NCBI GenBank assembly: GCA_965203175.1
Contig: OZ241867.1
Coordinates: 5,728,001 to 5,792,000, forward strand
DNA: 64,000 nucleotides
Direction of reading: 5' to 3'
Source of the DNA: Candidatus Latescibacterota bacterium
GTDB taxonomy: Bacteria; Latescibacterota; UBA2968; UBA8231
Numbering within the stretch: the stretch's first letter is position 1; the number at the start of each line of letters is the position of its first letter. The position numbers and the translations under genes are program-made. The notes beneath the pieces were generated by a model that saw only the letters and a list, made by a program, of their open reading frames with translations, did no database searches and was not told the DNA's origin. Positions 1 to 8,621 of the stretch are shown piece by piece.

Positions 1-175
1 CTTGATCGTAGTCGAAAAACGCTGCGCCGCTGCCAGTGGATTCGAGGATGAAGCGCTTGTGCGGGCTGCCACTGACGGTGGGATGATCTAGACCGGCTTC
101 TCGCGTCGCATCCACGAAGAAGGGATCGGCCTGAACGCTGGCGGCGAGCAGGAGGACAAAAATTAGCGCGGGCAT
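1..175 (-). CDS. ASPIC/UnbV FG-GAP (CRTAC1-like) protein, N-terminal part; runs off the window edge
   Basis: ATG at 175 abuts the upstream stop. Translates MPALIFVLLLAASVQADPFFVDATREAGLDH...ILESTGSGAAFFDYDQ, the same signal peptide + F.D.T.EAG + GSGAAFFDY start as the other paralogs in the window. Confidence 0.85.
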   Translation of the reverse strand, partial: MPALIFVLLLAASVQADPFFVDATREAGLDHPTVSGSPHKRFILESTGSGAAFFDYDQ

Positions 176-880
176 TTAGCGGGCGCAGCGAAAGCCTATG
201 GTGTTGCCCTTGATGTACGAATGCGAGTCCTTGGTGTTGGTCCGCTTGTTGCACTGGGTCAAGGTCGGGCCATTGACCCACGATCCCCCGCGCAGGAACT
301 GCATTTTCTCGCCTCCTTGCGTCCACTCCCACACATTGCCGCCCATATCCAAGAGTCCAAAAGGACTGGCTCCACTCGGAAAGGATCCCACCGGCGCCGT
401 TCGCGCATGGCCGTCTTTGTCTCCGAAAATATTAGCGCGTCCCTCCTCAAAATCCGCCCCCCACGGGTACTTTAGCCCTTCAACTCCCTCACAGGCGAAT
501 TGCCATTCCTCCTGCGTCGGCAGGCGCTTGCCCGCCCACTGGCAATAGGCCATCGCCCCGTACCACGACACCTCAATGACCGGATGCCGCGCAAATCCTT
601 CTTTGACCTTGTACACACCGTCTTCCTCCACTAGCGCCGTATATCGACTCCCCAACTCCACCCAGTACATGCCCTCCACCTTGGCGTTTCCCTTCTCGGT
701 CAGAAAAGCTGCGTACTCCTCGTTGGTCACCTCGTATTTATCTATGTAAAATTCGCTCTTTTCTCCTGCGATCTTTACCATCTCCCCGCCCTTGAGGGAG
801 TCGGCCGCGGCTTGTCCCTCCTGGGCCAAAGCCGAGGCCGCAACGGCAACACACAGCGCGATTCCGCAAAACACCTGCAT
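176..880 (-). CDS. Secreted FGE-sulfatase (SUMF1/EgtB/PvdO-fold) domain protein
   Basis: Signal peptide; motifs FYIDKYEVTNEEY, HPVIEVSWYGAMAYCQWAGKRLPTQEEW, FGLLDMGGNVWEW, RGGSW, IGFRC. Confidence 0.9.
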   Translation of the reverse strand: MQVFCGIALCVAVAASALAQEGQAAADSLKGGEMVKIAGEKSEFYIDKYEVTNEEYAAFLTEKGNAKVEGMYWVELGSRYTALVEEDGVYKVKEGFARHPVIEVSWYGAMAYCQWAGKRLPTQEEWQFACEGVEGLKYPWGADFEEGRANIFGDKDGHARTAPVGSFPSGASPFGLLDMGGNVWEWTQGGEKMQFLRGGSWVNGPTLTQCNKRTNTKDSHSYIKGNTIGFRCAR

Positions 881-1746
881 TATTTCTGCTCCCGTCCATC
901 CAGCGCGTATTCCCGCACCATTTTGGCAAATCCATCGTCGGCAAAACTCGGTCCAATCCGCACTCCATCCCCGGCTACGGCCGTCTTTACCTCGTCCTTT
1001 GCATTCCCCAGCAACACCCCAGTCCCCGCCGCGCGCAACATGGGCAAGTCGTTGTCCGCGTCCCCTACCGCCAAGACGCGCTCTGTACTCCCACCTATCC
1101 GCTCGGCTAGCGTCCGCAGAGCTACGCCCTTATCCACGCCCCGGCGCATAAATTCCACCCGATCGGGAATCGCCCACGCTATATAGACCCGATCTCCGCA
1201 CAGCGCTTTGATATCGGCGATGTGCTGCTCCCGCCGCGCCGGATCTACCTCCAGCATGAGCTTGGGCGGTACGCCCAACTCGCCGCTCTGGCAACGCGCG
1301 TACAAATCAACGTCGAGCACCATGCCCGGCCCTCTGAGTGCTTCGAGGTGATCTATAGGCCGGACATGCCGGTACTCCTCGGCGATCCCTGCGTCCGTGC
1401 GTTCGAATAGACAGTACATCAGGTTTAGCCCCTCGGCGCGTCCGTATTCGACTATTTGGGCAAAGGACTCCTCGTCCAATCGCTCCTCGTGCAGCACCTC
1501 TCGCTCCGCTCCTTCTCCCGGCCCGAGAATCACCGAGCCATTATAGCCAGCCATGTAAAGTGCCCGCGCCAGTGTTGGATGAGACTCAAAAGGGTGTTGG
1601 ATGCGCAGGATGCTGCGCCCAGTGACGCTGGCTATGGGGATGCCGCGCACAATCAGCTCCTCGAGCGTCGCCGCAGCCGAATCTGCCAGCCGCCCTTCTG
1701 CGTCGAGTATTGTACCGTCGAGGTCAAAAGCCACTAAGTCGATCAT
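880..1746 (-). CDS. Cof-type HAD-IIB hydrolase
   Basis: Start re-set to MIDLVAFDLDGT (ATGA overlap with the upstream stop). Motifs DxDGT, VTGR, DKG, VGDADNDLPML. Confidence 0.9.
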   Translation of the reverse strand: MIDLVAFDLDGTILDAEGRLADSAAATLEELIVRGIPIASVTGRSILRIQHPFESHPTLARALYMAGYNGSVILGPGEGAEREVLHEERLDEESFAQIVEYGRAEGLNLMYCLFERTDAGIAEEYRHVRPIDHLEALRGPGMVLDVDLYARCQSGELGVPPKLMLEVDPARREQHIADIKALCGDRVYIAWAIPDRVEFMRRGVDKGVALRTLAERIGGSTERVLAVGDADNDLPMLRAAGTGVLLGNAKDEVKTAVAGDGVRIGPSFADDGFAKMVREYALDGREQK

Positions 1747-3134
1747 CGTTCCTCCTGTTGTAAAGTTTGCAACCGCGAGCGCGCGTGGACCAGTCGCTGC
1801 GCCTCGCTCGCGTCGTCTTCTGCCAAAGATGCGTACGCGCGCCACTCGGCCCGCGCTCGGCCGGGGTCTAACCGCTCGTAGGTCGAGGCGAGGTGAAAGC
1901 GCCACAGCGCCCGCTCGGGTTCGAGCCGAACGGCCTCCTCACCGGCCTGCACAGCCGCGGCGAGCAAGCCCAACTGCCGATAGACATCGCCCAAGGACGC
2001 GAAAAGCTCGGCGTGGTGCGGATGCGCGACCGTGGCTTCTTTGAACACCTGCACAGCCGCGCGCAGCCGCCGCTGATGCACGTATAGCCCTCCTAACTTC
2101 AAGGCCGCATCCCCTTCCGCTCCGCCCAACGCGATCGCTGCCTTGAACGCCTCTTCCGCTGCGTCGAGCGCGCCCATGCGACTGTGGACGATGCCAATGC
2201 TTACTTGGGCCGCGGCATTGCCGGGCTGTCGGTTAGCAAACGCGGCAAACGCGGCCAGTGCCGAGTCCAGCCGCCCTTCTGCGCTGTGAATCAAACCAAG
2301 ATAGCGATAAACCGGGTACAGGTCGGGATCGGCGGCCTGCGCCCGTTCAAACTGCGCCAGGGCCCCTGTTCCATCTCGTTCCTCCCAGAGCAGCCGCCCC
2401 AGTTCGTAGTGCAAGACGGCTTCCTCGCCCCCCCCATCGCGTGCGCCCAAACCCTCGACGAGCGCGGCGCGGGCCAACTCCCGTTGCCCGGTCTCTCTGT
2501 ATAGCGCGGCGAGGTCGGCCCGGATCCCAGGGTCTTTGGGCGCACTAGCGAGCGCCTGCTCCATCAGAGCGCGCGCCTCCGCGTCCCGCCCCAACCGCAC
2601 CTCTACCCGCGCTAGTTGGTAGCGCACCTCCGCCTGCTCGGGCGCAAGCTGTAGGGATGCGCGATAGGCCGCCTGCGCCGCGTGGAGATTTTCTTGCAAG
2701 TGGCCGAGCGCCTGATAGGCGTGGCCCAGCCACGCGTAAATAAGCGCCGACTTCTCGCCCCGGCGCACGGCGTCCTGATAGGCACGCAGTGCCCCGCTAT
2801 AGCGCCCTTGGGCGGCTAGGCTAAGCCCCAGTTCGGCATAGGCGCGCCCGTCGTCGGGGCGTGCCTCCACTAGGCTGCGGTAGAGTGCGGTCGCGTCTTC
2901 GTACGCACCGCGCGCCACGTAGAGCGCGGCCAAGGTAAAGCTCGCCTCGTACAATTCGGGATCGAGTGCCCGCGCCTGCGCTGCTAGGCGTTCGGCCTGT
3001 GCCAATTCGGCCTGACTCAAGCTCCGCAGCGGCCGGCCGCCGATCAACTCCTGCGCTTGGCGGTACGCGGTCGGCGCATCCGGCTCGGCGGCGCACCCAG
3101 CCAATAACAGCGCGATTGCAGCCAGCACCTTCAC
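1743..3134 (-). CDS. TPR-repeat lipoprotein
   Basis: Lipobox LLAGC; many TPR-like helices (A..LG..Y...G....A...Y..A....P). Confidence 0.85.
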   Translation of the reverse strand: MKVLAAIALLLAGCAAEPDAPTAYRQAQELIGGRPLRSLSQAELAQAERLAAQARALDPELYEASFTLAALYVARGAYEDATALYRSLVEARPDDGRAYAELGLSLAAQGRYSGALRAYQDAVRRGEKSALIYAWLGHAYQALGHLQENLHAAQAAYRASLQLAPEQAEVRYQLARVEVRLGRDAEARALMEQALASAPKDPGIRADLAALYRETGQRELARAALVEGLGARDGGGEEAVLHYELGRLLWEERDGTGALAQFERAQAADPDLYPVYRYLGLIHSAEGRLDSALAAFAAFANRQPGNAAAQVSIGIVHSRMGALDAAEEAFKAAIALGGAEGDAALKLGGLYVHQRRLRAAVQVFKEATVAHPHHAELFASLGDVYRQLGLLAAAVQAGEEAVRLEPERALWRFHLASTYERLDPGRARAEWRAYASLAEDDASEAQRLVHARSRLQTLQQEER

Positions 3135-5197
3135 CGCGTCTCCCTTTCCCTGAGCAACAAGTGCTGGTCGGCCTCAATATCCCGATACACATCGACCTGC
3201 CCACTGGGCCACGCCACCTTAATGCGATCAGCCCGCACCCGTTGCCCCAAACCAAATTCCAACTCCAAGCTGTTGCTGTTGCCAAAGCTGTATCCAGAAG
3301 CTACCTCTTGGTACTGCATCAAGTCGCCGGCATACACCCATACTTTGGCACCGATTCCGTCGCGATTGCTCTCGACCCCTTCCAACTCCAGCACCAAGTA
3401 GTGATTGCCAAAGCCCTCGCTGCGGTAGAACGCATTGGGCCACTGGTCGCCCGGCTGAGCGCCGCCCACTGGCGCATAGAGGTCGAGATCGCCGTCGCGG
3501 TCGTAGTCGGCAAAGGTCACGCCGTGCGATTTGCCCAAGTGCCCCAGCCCGGCGGCTACCGTCGCATCGACAAAGGTGCCATCGCCCCGATTGCGGAAAA
3601 GCACATCCGGCTCGCGCCGGCCCATCTGCGGCCCGCCGTTGCCGAGGTAGATATCTACCCAGCCATCGTTATCCACATCGCCGGGAACGCCGCTCATCGT
3701 GCCCAGCGCTCGCTCTAGCCCGGCAGCTTCCGTCACATCGGCAAAGGTGCCGTCGCCCTTGTTGCGAAAAAGCACCGGCCGGTCGCGCTCGCTCGTCGAT
3801 TTTCCCGCGACTCGATCGGCCAGCACCACCAGGTACTGGCTCCAGTTGCCCACGAAGATGTCCAGCGCACCGTCGTTGTCGTAATCGAGGACAAACGTTA
3901 TAAAGCCATCGATGTACTCGGCACCTACACCGGCCGCTTCCGTCTGATCCGCGAACGCACTGCCACTTCGATTGCGATAGAGCACATTCGGCTCGGTAAA
4001 ATTGCACACGTACAGATCAGGCCAGCCATCTCCGTCAAAGTCGCCCCACGCCGTGCTTAACGCCTGCCCCTTGTGCGCCACCCCGGCGGCTTCCGCCACA
4101 TCGGCAAAGGTGCCATTGCCACGATTGCGATAGAGCACATTGGTCGAGTCGCCAGTCGCGCCCGTGCCATTGGCCACGTAGATGTCGAGGTATCCATCGC
4201 GATCGAAATCGCTCCACGCCGCGCAAAAGCTCGATCCCGGATCGCCCGTACCCGACACTTCCGTCGCATCGGCGAAGACGCCCCGGCCGTCGTTTTGGAA
4301 GAGCGCATTCACGCCGCCGCCAAACCACCCATCGCGCGTCACGTACACATCGGCGTCCCCGTCGTTGTCGTAGTCAGCCGTCTGCACCCCGATCCCGCCC
4401 TCGGGTAGTACCAATTCAGCGGCCTGCGTCCGCTCGGCAAAACGCGCGCCGTCGTTGCGGAAGTACGCCAGTGCTGGATGGCCGATGACGATCAAGTCGA
4501 GATCTCCGTCCTCGTCGTAGTCGGCCCAAGCGCTAGCGCGACCTCCGTCGAATTTATCGACTCCCACCTCGGCCCCGATCTCGCTAAACCGCCCGCTGAT
4601 GGTTCCCTGCGGCACGGCATCGGCAAATTCCCCGGTCGCCGACCGCCCCAATGCCTCCTGCAACCACTTCCGGTGCCAGCGCAACTCCAGCGGCTCGGGA
4701 TGCAACGCCACGGCCTGTTGCAAGATCGAATCGGCGTGGGCGTAATCCTCCTGCCACAGCGCGGCAACCGCCGTCCAGTAGAGCGATTCATATCCCTCGG
4801 GATCGGCGGCCAGCGCCCGCTGCAAATACTTTTCCGCCTGCGCGAACTGCCCCTCTTCCAGCGCCTCTTTCCCCCGACCCAAAAACGTCTCCAACACCAA
4901 AGACCGCGCCGCCGTTAATTCAGGGTCCAGGCTCGCCGCCTGTTCCAGCAACCCCACGCCTTCTTCTATCCGCCCCTGCACGAGCCGCACCCTCCCTAGC
5001 TGCCAGTAGCCCTCGGCGGCCTCGGGTTCCAGCCGAACGCAATGCGCAAAAGCGCGTTCGGCCGCCCTGAGCCGATAGCGCTCCAGCAAGTCCAAGCCCT
5101 GGTAGTACGACTGGAGAAACGCCTCTGAGCGGCCAGTCGGCTCTTGGCAACCGCTTAGGACGAGGAGAGAAAGGGTAATGACTAGAGAAACTCTCAT
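3131..5197 (-). CDS. Lipoprotein with N-terminal TPRs and an FG-GAP/ASPIC-UnbV (CRTAC1-like) domain
   Basis: Start re-set to MRVSLVITLSLLVLSGC (lipobox). Repeated DYDNDGDxD / FRNxGDGTFAD motifs; C-terminal SNRDGIGAKV...LEFGLG...WPSG. Confidence 0.9.
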   Translation of the reverse strand: MRVSLVITLSLLVLSGCQEPTGRSEAFLQSYYQGLDLLERYRLRAAERAFAHCVRLEPEAAEGYWQLGRVRLVQGRIEEGVGLLEQAASLDPELTAARSLVLETFLGRGKEALEEGQFAQAEKYLQRALAADPEGYESLYWTAVAALWQEDYAHADSILQQAVALHPEPLELRWHRKWLQEALGRSATGEFADAVPQGTISGRFSEIGAEVGVDKFDGGRASAWADYDEDGDLDLIVIGHPALAYFRNDGARFAERTQAAELVLPEGGIGVQTADYDNDGDADVYVTRDGWFGGGVNALFQNDGRGVFADATEVSGTGDPGSSFCAAWSDFDRDGYLDIYVANGTGATGDSTNVLYRNRGNGTFADVAEAAGVAHKGQALSTAWGDFDGDGWPDLYVCNFTEPNVLYRNRSGSAFADQTEAAGVGAEYIDGFITFVLDYDNDGALDIFVGNWSQYLVVLADRVAGKSTSERDRPVLFRNKGDGTFADVTEAAGLERALGTMSGVPGDVDNDGWVDIYLGNGGPQMGRREPDVLFRNRGDGTFVDATVAAGLGHLGKSHGVTFADYDRDGDLDLYAPVGGAQPGDQWPNAFYRSEGFGNHYLVLELEGVESNRDGIGAKVWVYAGDLMQYQEVASGYSFGNSNSLELEFGLGQRVRADRIKVAWPSGQVDVYRDIEADQHLLLRERETR

Positions 5198-5294
5198 AGC
5201 AGAAACAACATCCGCCGTCTTTTGCCTGCTGTCAATTTCTAGTACGTTGTTACGTCTCTTTTGACATCTTTCACCAATAAAAGGAGCACCCATA

Positions 5295-6407
5295 ATGAAA
5301 TGGACCCTCTTCTTCGTCGCTTTCCTCTGGACGGCTTCGCATAGCACGGCCGAAGACCGCCCCACCCTCGTACTCGACGGCCAAGCAGCCATGCTAGTCG
5401 TCGATTTAGGCGGCGGCTCCATTTCCGACTTCCACCTCAAAAGCAATCCGCTCAACCCCTTGCAATGGGATTCTTGGTCTTTCGGCGACACCCCCAACCA
5501 AGCGCCGCCCATAGAGCCGCGCTCCATGGGGCACTTCCTCTGCCTCGACCGCTGGGGGCCGGCCACCAAAGCCGAGCAGGCCCACGGCATGGGCTGGCAC
5601 GGCGAGGCCACGCGCGTGTGGTGGACCGTAGATGAGGACGTCCGCGCAGAAGACGGTCACCTCATGGCCCAAATGTCGGCCGAACTGCCCCTGGCCAGCC
5701 TCAAGGTAGTGCGCTCGATTCGCATGGCTCAGGATCAGGCCATCTTTGCAGTCGCCGAGGCCGTCACCAACACCCGCCATTTGGGACGCGTGTACAACAT
5801 CGTCCAGCACCCAACCATTGGTCCACCCTTTTTGGACGAGAGCACCCGCGTTGATGCCAACGGCACGCGCGGCTTTATGCAGGAAACGCCCATGCCAACG
5901 CCCGAGAACCCGGAGGTGAGCTGGCCCTCCGCACTCAAAAAAGACGGCACCGAGGTCGATATTCGCCATTTGACGGATGACGCCTCTCCAGCGGTCGTCT
6001 CGTACATAATCGAGGAAGAATACGGTTGGACCACAGCCATCAACGCCAGCAAAGGACTCCTTATTGGCTACATCTGGCCGGAGGAGGAATACCCTTGGTT
6101 CGACGCTTGGCGGCACGTCCGCGACGGCAAGCCCTTTGCCCGCGGCTTGGAGTTTGGCACTACGGGCCTGCACCAACCTAGCCCGGTGTTGTTGGAAAAG
6201 GGCCAGATTTTCGGCCGCTATCTCTTTCACTATATCGATGCCGACGAGACCCAGGTTTTCACCTACGCCAATTTTCTCATGGAGATTCCCTCCGACTTCG
6301 CCGGCGTTTCTGATGTCGAATACTCCGAGGGGCAGCTAGTGGTGCGCGAGGACGGCGGTCAGGGCCGAGAGCTGACGATGGAGGCGGGAGAACTTTTTGC
6401 GTGGTGA
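5295..6407 (+). CDS. Secreted galactose-mutarotase/aldose-1-epimerase-fold protein
   Basis: AAGGAG RBS at 5281-5286; signal peptide; GWHGEA, VQHPT and RGLEFG motifs in the order expected for the mutarotase His/His/Glu residues. Confidence 0.55.
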   Translation: MKWTLFFVAFLWTASHSTAEDRPTLVLDGQAAMLVVDLGGGSISDFHLKSNPLNPLQWDSWSFGDTPNQAPPIEPRSMGHFLCLDRWGPATKAEQAHGMGWHGEATRVWWTVDEDVRAEDGHLMAQMSAELPLASLKVVRSIRMAQDQAIFAVAEAVTNTRHLGRVYNIVQHPTIGPPFLDESTRVDANGTRGFMQETPMPTPENPEVSWPSALKKDGTEVDIRHLTDDASPAVVSYIIEEEYGWTTAINASKGLLIGYIWPEEEYPWFDAWRHVRDGKPFARGLEFGTTGLHQPSPVLLEKGQIFGRYLFHYIDADETQVFTYANFLMEIPSDFAGVSDVEYSEGQLVVREDGGQGRELTMEAGELFAW

Positions 6408-6563
6408 AGAGATAAGAGGGATAGGTTATAACTGATCCGCTAACTTTGGCCGTTGATGCCCTGAAGCAACCGATGGAGAGTAGGAAAGAGTGAGGACTGT
6501 GGGCCCGAAGTAATTCTCAAACTGAAGGATCGGCCCCGCGTCGAAAGTTCGCAGCCTCTCAGC

Positions 6564-7397
6564 CTACCCTTCCTCCCGCGCCACCTTCCCCTTGACGACC
6601 CACTCGGCCAGCGCCGGCCACAGGGCGTGGACCATCGCCAGCAGCCTGAGCCGCCTCGGAACGTAGAGCTGCTGGCGCCGCTTCAGCATCCCGCGCACAA
6701 TCGCCCGCGCCGCCTTCTCCAAGCTCACCGCTCCCGCCCGGTGTTTGCGCGATGCATCGCCCAACGCCTTCCCGTCTTTTCCCAGAGCACGTTGCCGCAA
6801 CTCCGTCCCCTTGAGCCAGTGCAAGAGCACGGTCATCACCCCCACCCCACTCTCGGCCACCTCCATCCGCAAAGCATCGCAAAACCCCTGTAGCGCGTGT
6901 TTGGACGCCGAGTACCCTGTGTGCAGCGGCACCCCCACCTGCCCCTGAATGGACGAAATAGCCACGAATAGCCCCTTGCTTTTTTTCAGATGCGGCAGCG
7001 CCGGATGCGCGCAATGCACGGCCCCCAAGTAATTCACCTCCATCAGCTTGCGGAATAATGCTACATCCTCGATCGCGGCAAACGCGGTCCACATGCTGAC
7101 GCCAGCGTTGGCGACCAAGTAATCTATGTGCCCAAAGCGCTCGATCGCGGCCTCCACCAGCCGCTTGCCATCCTCGGCTATGGCGACATCCCCAACGACA
7201 GTCAGCACCTCGCTCCCCAACTGCTCGCACTCTTGGGCGACGGCCTCCAACCGCTCGGCATTCCGCGCTAAGAGAACCAGCCGCGCTCCCTGCTGGGCGC
7301 ACTCCACCGCCAGCGTCGCGCCCAAGCCCGCAGAAGCACCAGTGATAACAACGGTCTTATTGCTCAGGCTTCCGGCGCGCACTCCCAAAAATCCCAT
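6564..7397 (-). CDS. Short-chain dehydrogenase/reductase, DHRS7B-like
   Basis: TGASAGLG, LVANAG, ISSIQG, YSASK (YxxxK). Start at ATG 7397 (MGFLGVRAGSLSNKTVVITG) is inferred. Confidence 0.9.
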   Translation of the reverse strand: MGFLGVRAGSLSNKTVVITGASAGLGATLAVECAQQGARLVLLARNAERLEAVAQECEQLGSEVLTVVGDVAIAEDGKRLVEAAIERFGHIDYLVANAGVSMWTAFAAIEDVALFRKLMEVNYLGAVHCAHPALPHLKKSKGLFVAISSIQGQVGVPLHTGYSASKHALQGFCDALRMEVAESGVGVMTVLLHWLKGTELRQRALGKDGKALGDASRKHRAGAVSLEKAARAIVRGMLKRRQQLYVPRRLRLLAMVHALWPALAEWVVKGKVAREEG

Positions 7398-7506
7398 TCT
7401 GAATGCCGAAAATATTCTGGGGATCCAGCGCTTCTTTAGTCTTGCGCAGGACCTCGATGCTGTTGTCGCTCTGGATGTGCTGGACAAAGCTCTGCCGAAT
7501 TTTGCC
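7334..7506. repeat. 173-bp direct repeat, copy 1
   Basis: Matches 8449-8621 with 4 substitutions. Contains the 3' end of the FAD oxidase gene and the 5' end of the SDR gene. Confidence 0.97.
7357..7506 (-). pseudogene. Duplicated 3' fragment of the alkyl-DHAP-synthase-like gene
   Basis: Encodes GKIRQSFVQHIQSDNSIEVLRKTKEALDPQNIFGIQNGIFGSARRKPEQ* with no matching upstream coding sequence. Confidence 0.85.
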
Positions 7507-8448
7507 GGCCCTATGGGTGAAGGGACAGCTCCTGGGCCGCTGCGTATGTCAGCCGCGCCAGCTCGGCCGGCGATTCACCCCGGCGAGGAGTGGCCACCTC
7601 GAAGGTCCAGAAACCGCGGTAGCCGACCTCTCGCAGGGCCTCGCGGATCGCCTCCCAGTCGAGGTCCCCCTGCAGCGGGGCCCAGTGGTTGTCCTGCGGG
7701 TCCTCGCCGTCGACGTCCTGCAGATGGGTTCCCCACAGGCGCTCGCCCGCGGCCCTGATTTCCCCGCCCGGGTCGTTCCCCGCGGTCCAGGCGTGGCCGG
7801 TGTCGACCACCAGCCCCACCGCCTCCTCCGGGTAGTCGTCGACGAGGCCGCGCAGCTCCGTCATGGTCAGGAACGGGTAGTGGGAGCGGTAGGGCAGGTT
7901 TTCCAGCAGAATTCGCACCCCCGACTCGAGCGCCACCGGCACCAGGTCGTCGAGGGAGCGCCGCGCCGCCCCGGACATGATCCCGGTCAGCTCCGGGCGT
8001 TCCGGATCCTCGACGAACCGCGGGTTCGGCACCGGGTGGATGACCATGCCGCCGGCGCCGAGGGCGCCCGACATGCGCAGGTACTCCCCGAGCAGGGCGG
8101 CCTTCTCCCGCCGCCAGTCCTCCTCCGGGGCACCGAGCACGTTGCGCATCATCGGCGCGTGCACGGTGCCGGTGCGCAGATCGGACCCCTCGATCCGCGA
8201 CCGCAGCTGCTCGAGCTCCCGGCTCGTGAAGATCCGTTCGAGGTGGCCCTCCTGCGAGGAAAGCTCGATGTGGGAATACCCGGCGGCGGCGATCTCATCG
8301 AGGGCCTCATCGAGCGGGTCCTTGAATCCTGCGGTGGCGTAGCTGATTTGCATTGGTCCGGTCCTCCTAAGGGAATCGGTTGATCGGTAACTTGATGGAC
8401 AGCCCGGGCCCGGCGAGGGCCGCAGACCCGTGGGGCGTTTTCACAACA
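7507..8448. mobile_element. 942-bp higher-GC single-gene insertion between 173-bp direct repeats (no recombinase)
   Basis: Bounded exactly by the two repeat copies; by eye more G/C-rich at third codon positions than the flanks. Confidence 0.7.
7511..8353 (-). CDS. Sugar phosphate isomerase/epimerase (xylose-isomerase-like TIM barrel, AP_endonuc_2)
   Basis: AGGAGG RBS; motifs IEL, VHAP, VIHP, ILLENLP, VDTGHA, THLQD, HWAPLQGDLDW, TFEV. Confidence 0.88.
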   Translation of the reverse strand: MQISYATAGFKDPLDEALDEIAAAGYSHIELSSQEGHLERIFTSRELEQLRSRIEGSDLRTGTVHAPMMRNVLGAPEEDWRREKAALLGEYLRMSGALGAGGMVIHPVPNPRFVEDPERPELTGIMSGAARRSLDDLVPVALESGVRILLENLPYRSHYPFLTMTELRGLVDDYPEEAVGLVVDTGHAWTAGNDPGGEIRAAGERLWGTHLQDVDGEDPQDNHWAPLQGDLDWEAIREALREVGYRGFWTFEVATPRRGESPAELARLTYAAAQELSLHP

Positions 8449-8512
8449 AAGCACCGGTGATAACGACGGTCTTATTGCTCAGGCTTCCGGCACGCACTCC
8501 CAAAAATCCCAT
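8441..8512 (-). pseudogene. Truncated duplicate of the SDR 5' end
   Basis: Reads MGFLGVRAGSLSNKTVVITGALL*; the frame stops just after the repeat/insert junction. Confidence 0.8.
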
Positions 8513-8621
8513 TCTGAATGCCGAAAATATTCTGGGGATCCAGCGCCTCTTTAGTCTTGCGCAGGACCTCGATGCTGTTGTCGCTCTGGATGTGCTGGAC
8601 AAAGCTCTGCCGAATTTTGCC
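8449..8621. repeat. 173-bp direct repeat, copy 2
   Basis: Matches 7334-7506 with 4 substitutions. Confidence 0.97.

Noticed and set aside
176-330. FGE/CLec-fold C-termini (also 33780-33900) as diversity-generating retroelement variable regions
   Set aside because: No reverse transcriptase, Avd or adenine-mismatched template repeat seen in the window.
3400-4520. Recurrent GGCAAAGGTGCC / GTCGTTGTCGTA sequences (also 14600-15800 and elsewhere) as a CRISPR array
   Set aside because: They are the coding FG-GAP repeats (GTFAD, YDND), degenerate and irregularly spaced; no cas genes.
5198-5611. N-terminal extensions in the ORF track (3131-5611, 880-1905, 17934-20576, 17060-18097, 57903-59216)
   Set aside because: They overlap neighbouring genes; downstream starts give proper signal peptides, motifs or stop-start overlaps.
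6408-6563. 156-bp gap between convergent genes as an ncRNA or mobile-element scar
   Set aside because: No convincing hairpin, repeat or recognisable RNA motif.
7334-8621. 173-bp repeat pair as a DGR TR/VR or an IS target-site duplication
   Set aside because: Mismatches are not one-directional adenine changes and are synonymous; no RT, transposase or terminal inverted repeats; far too long for a TSD.
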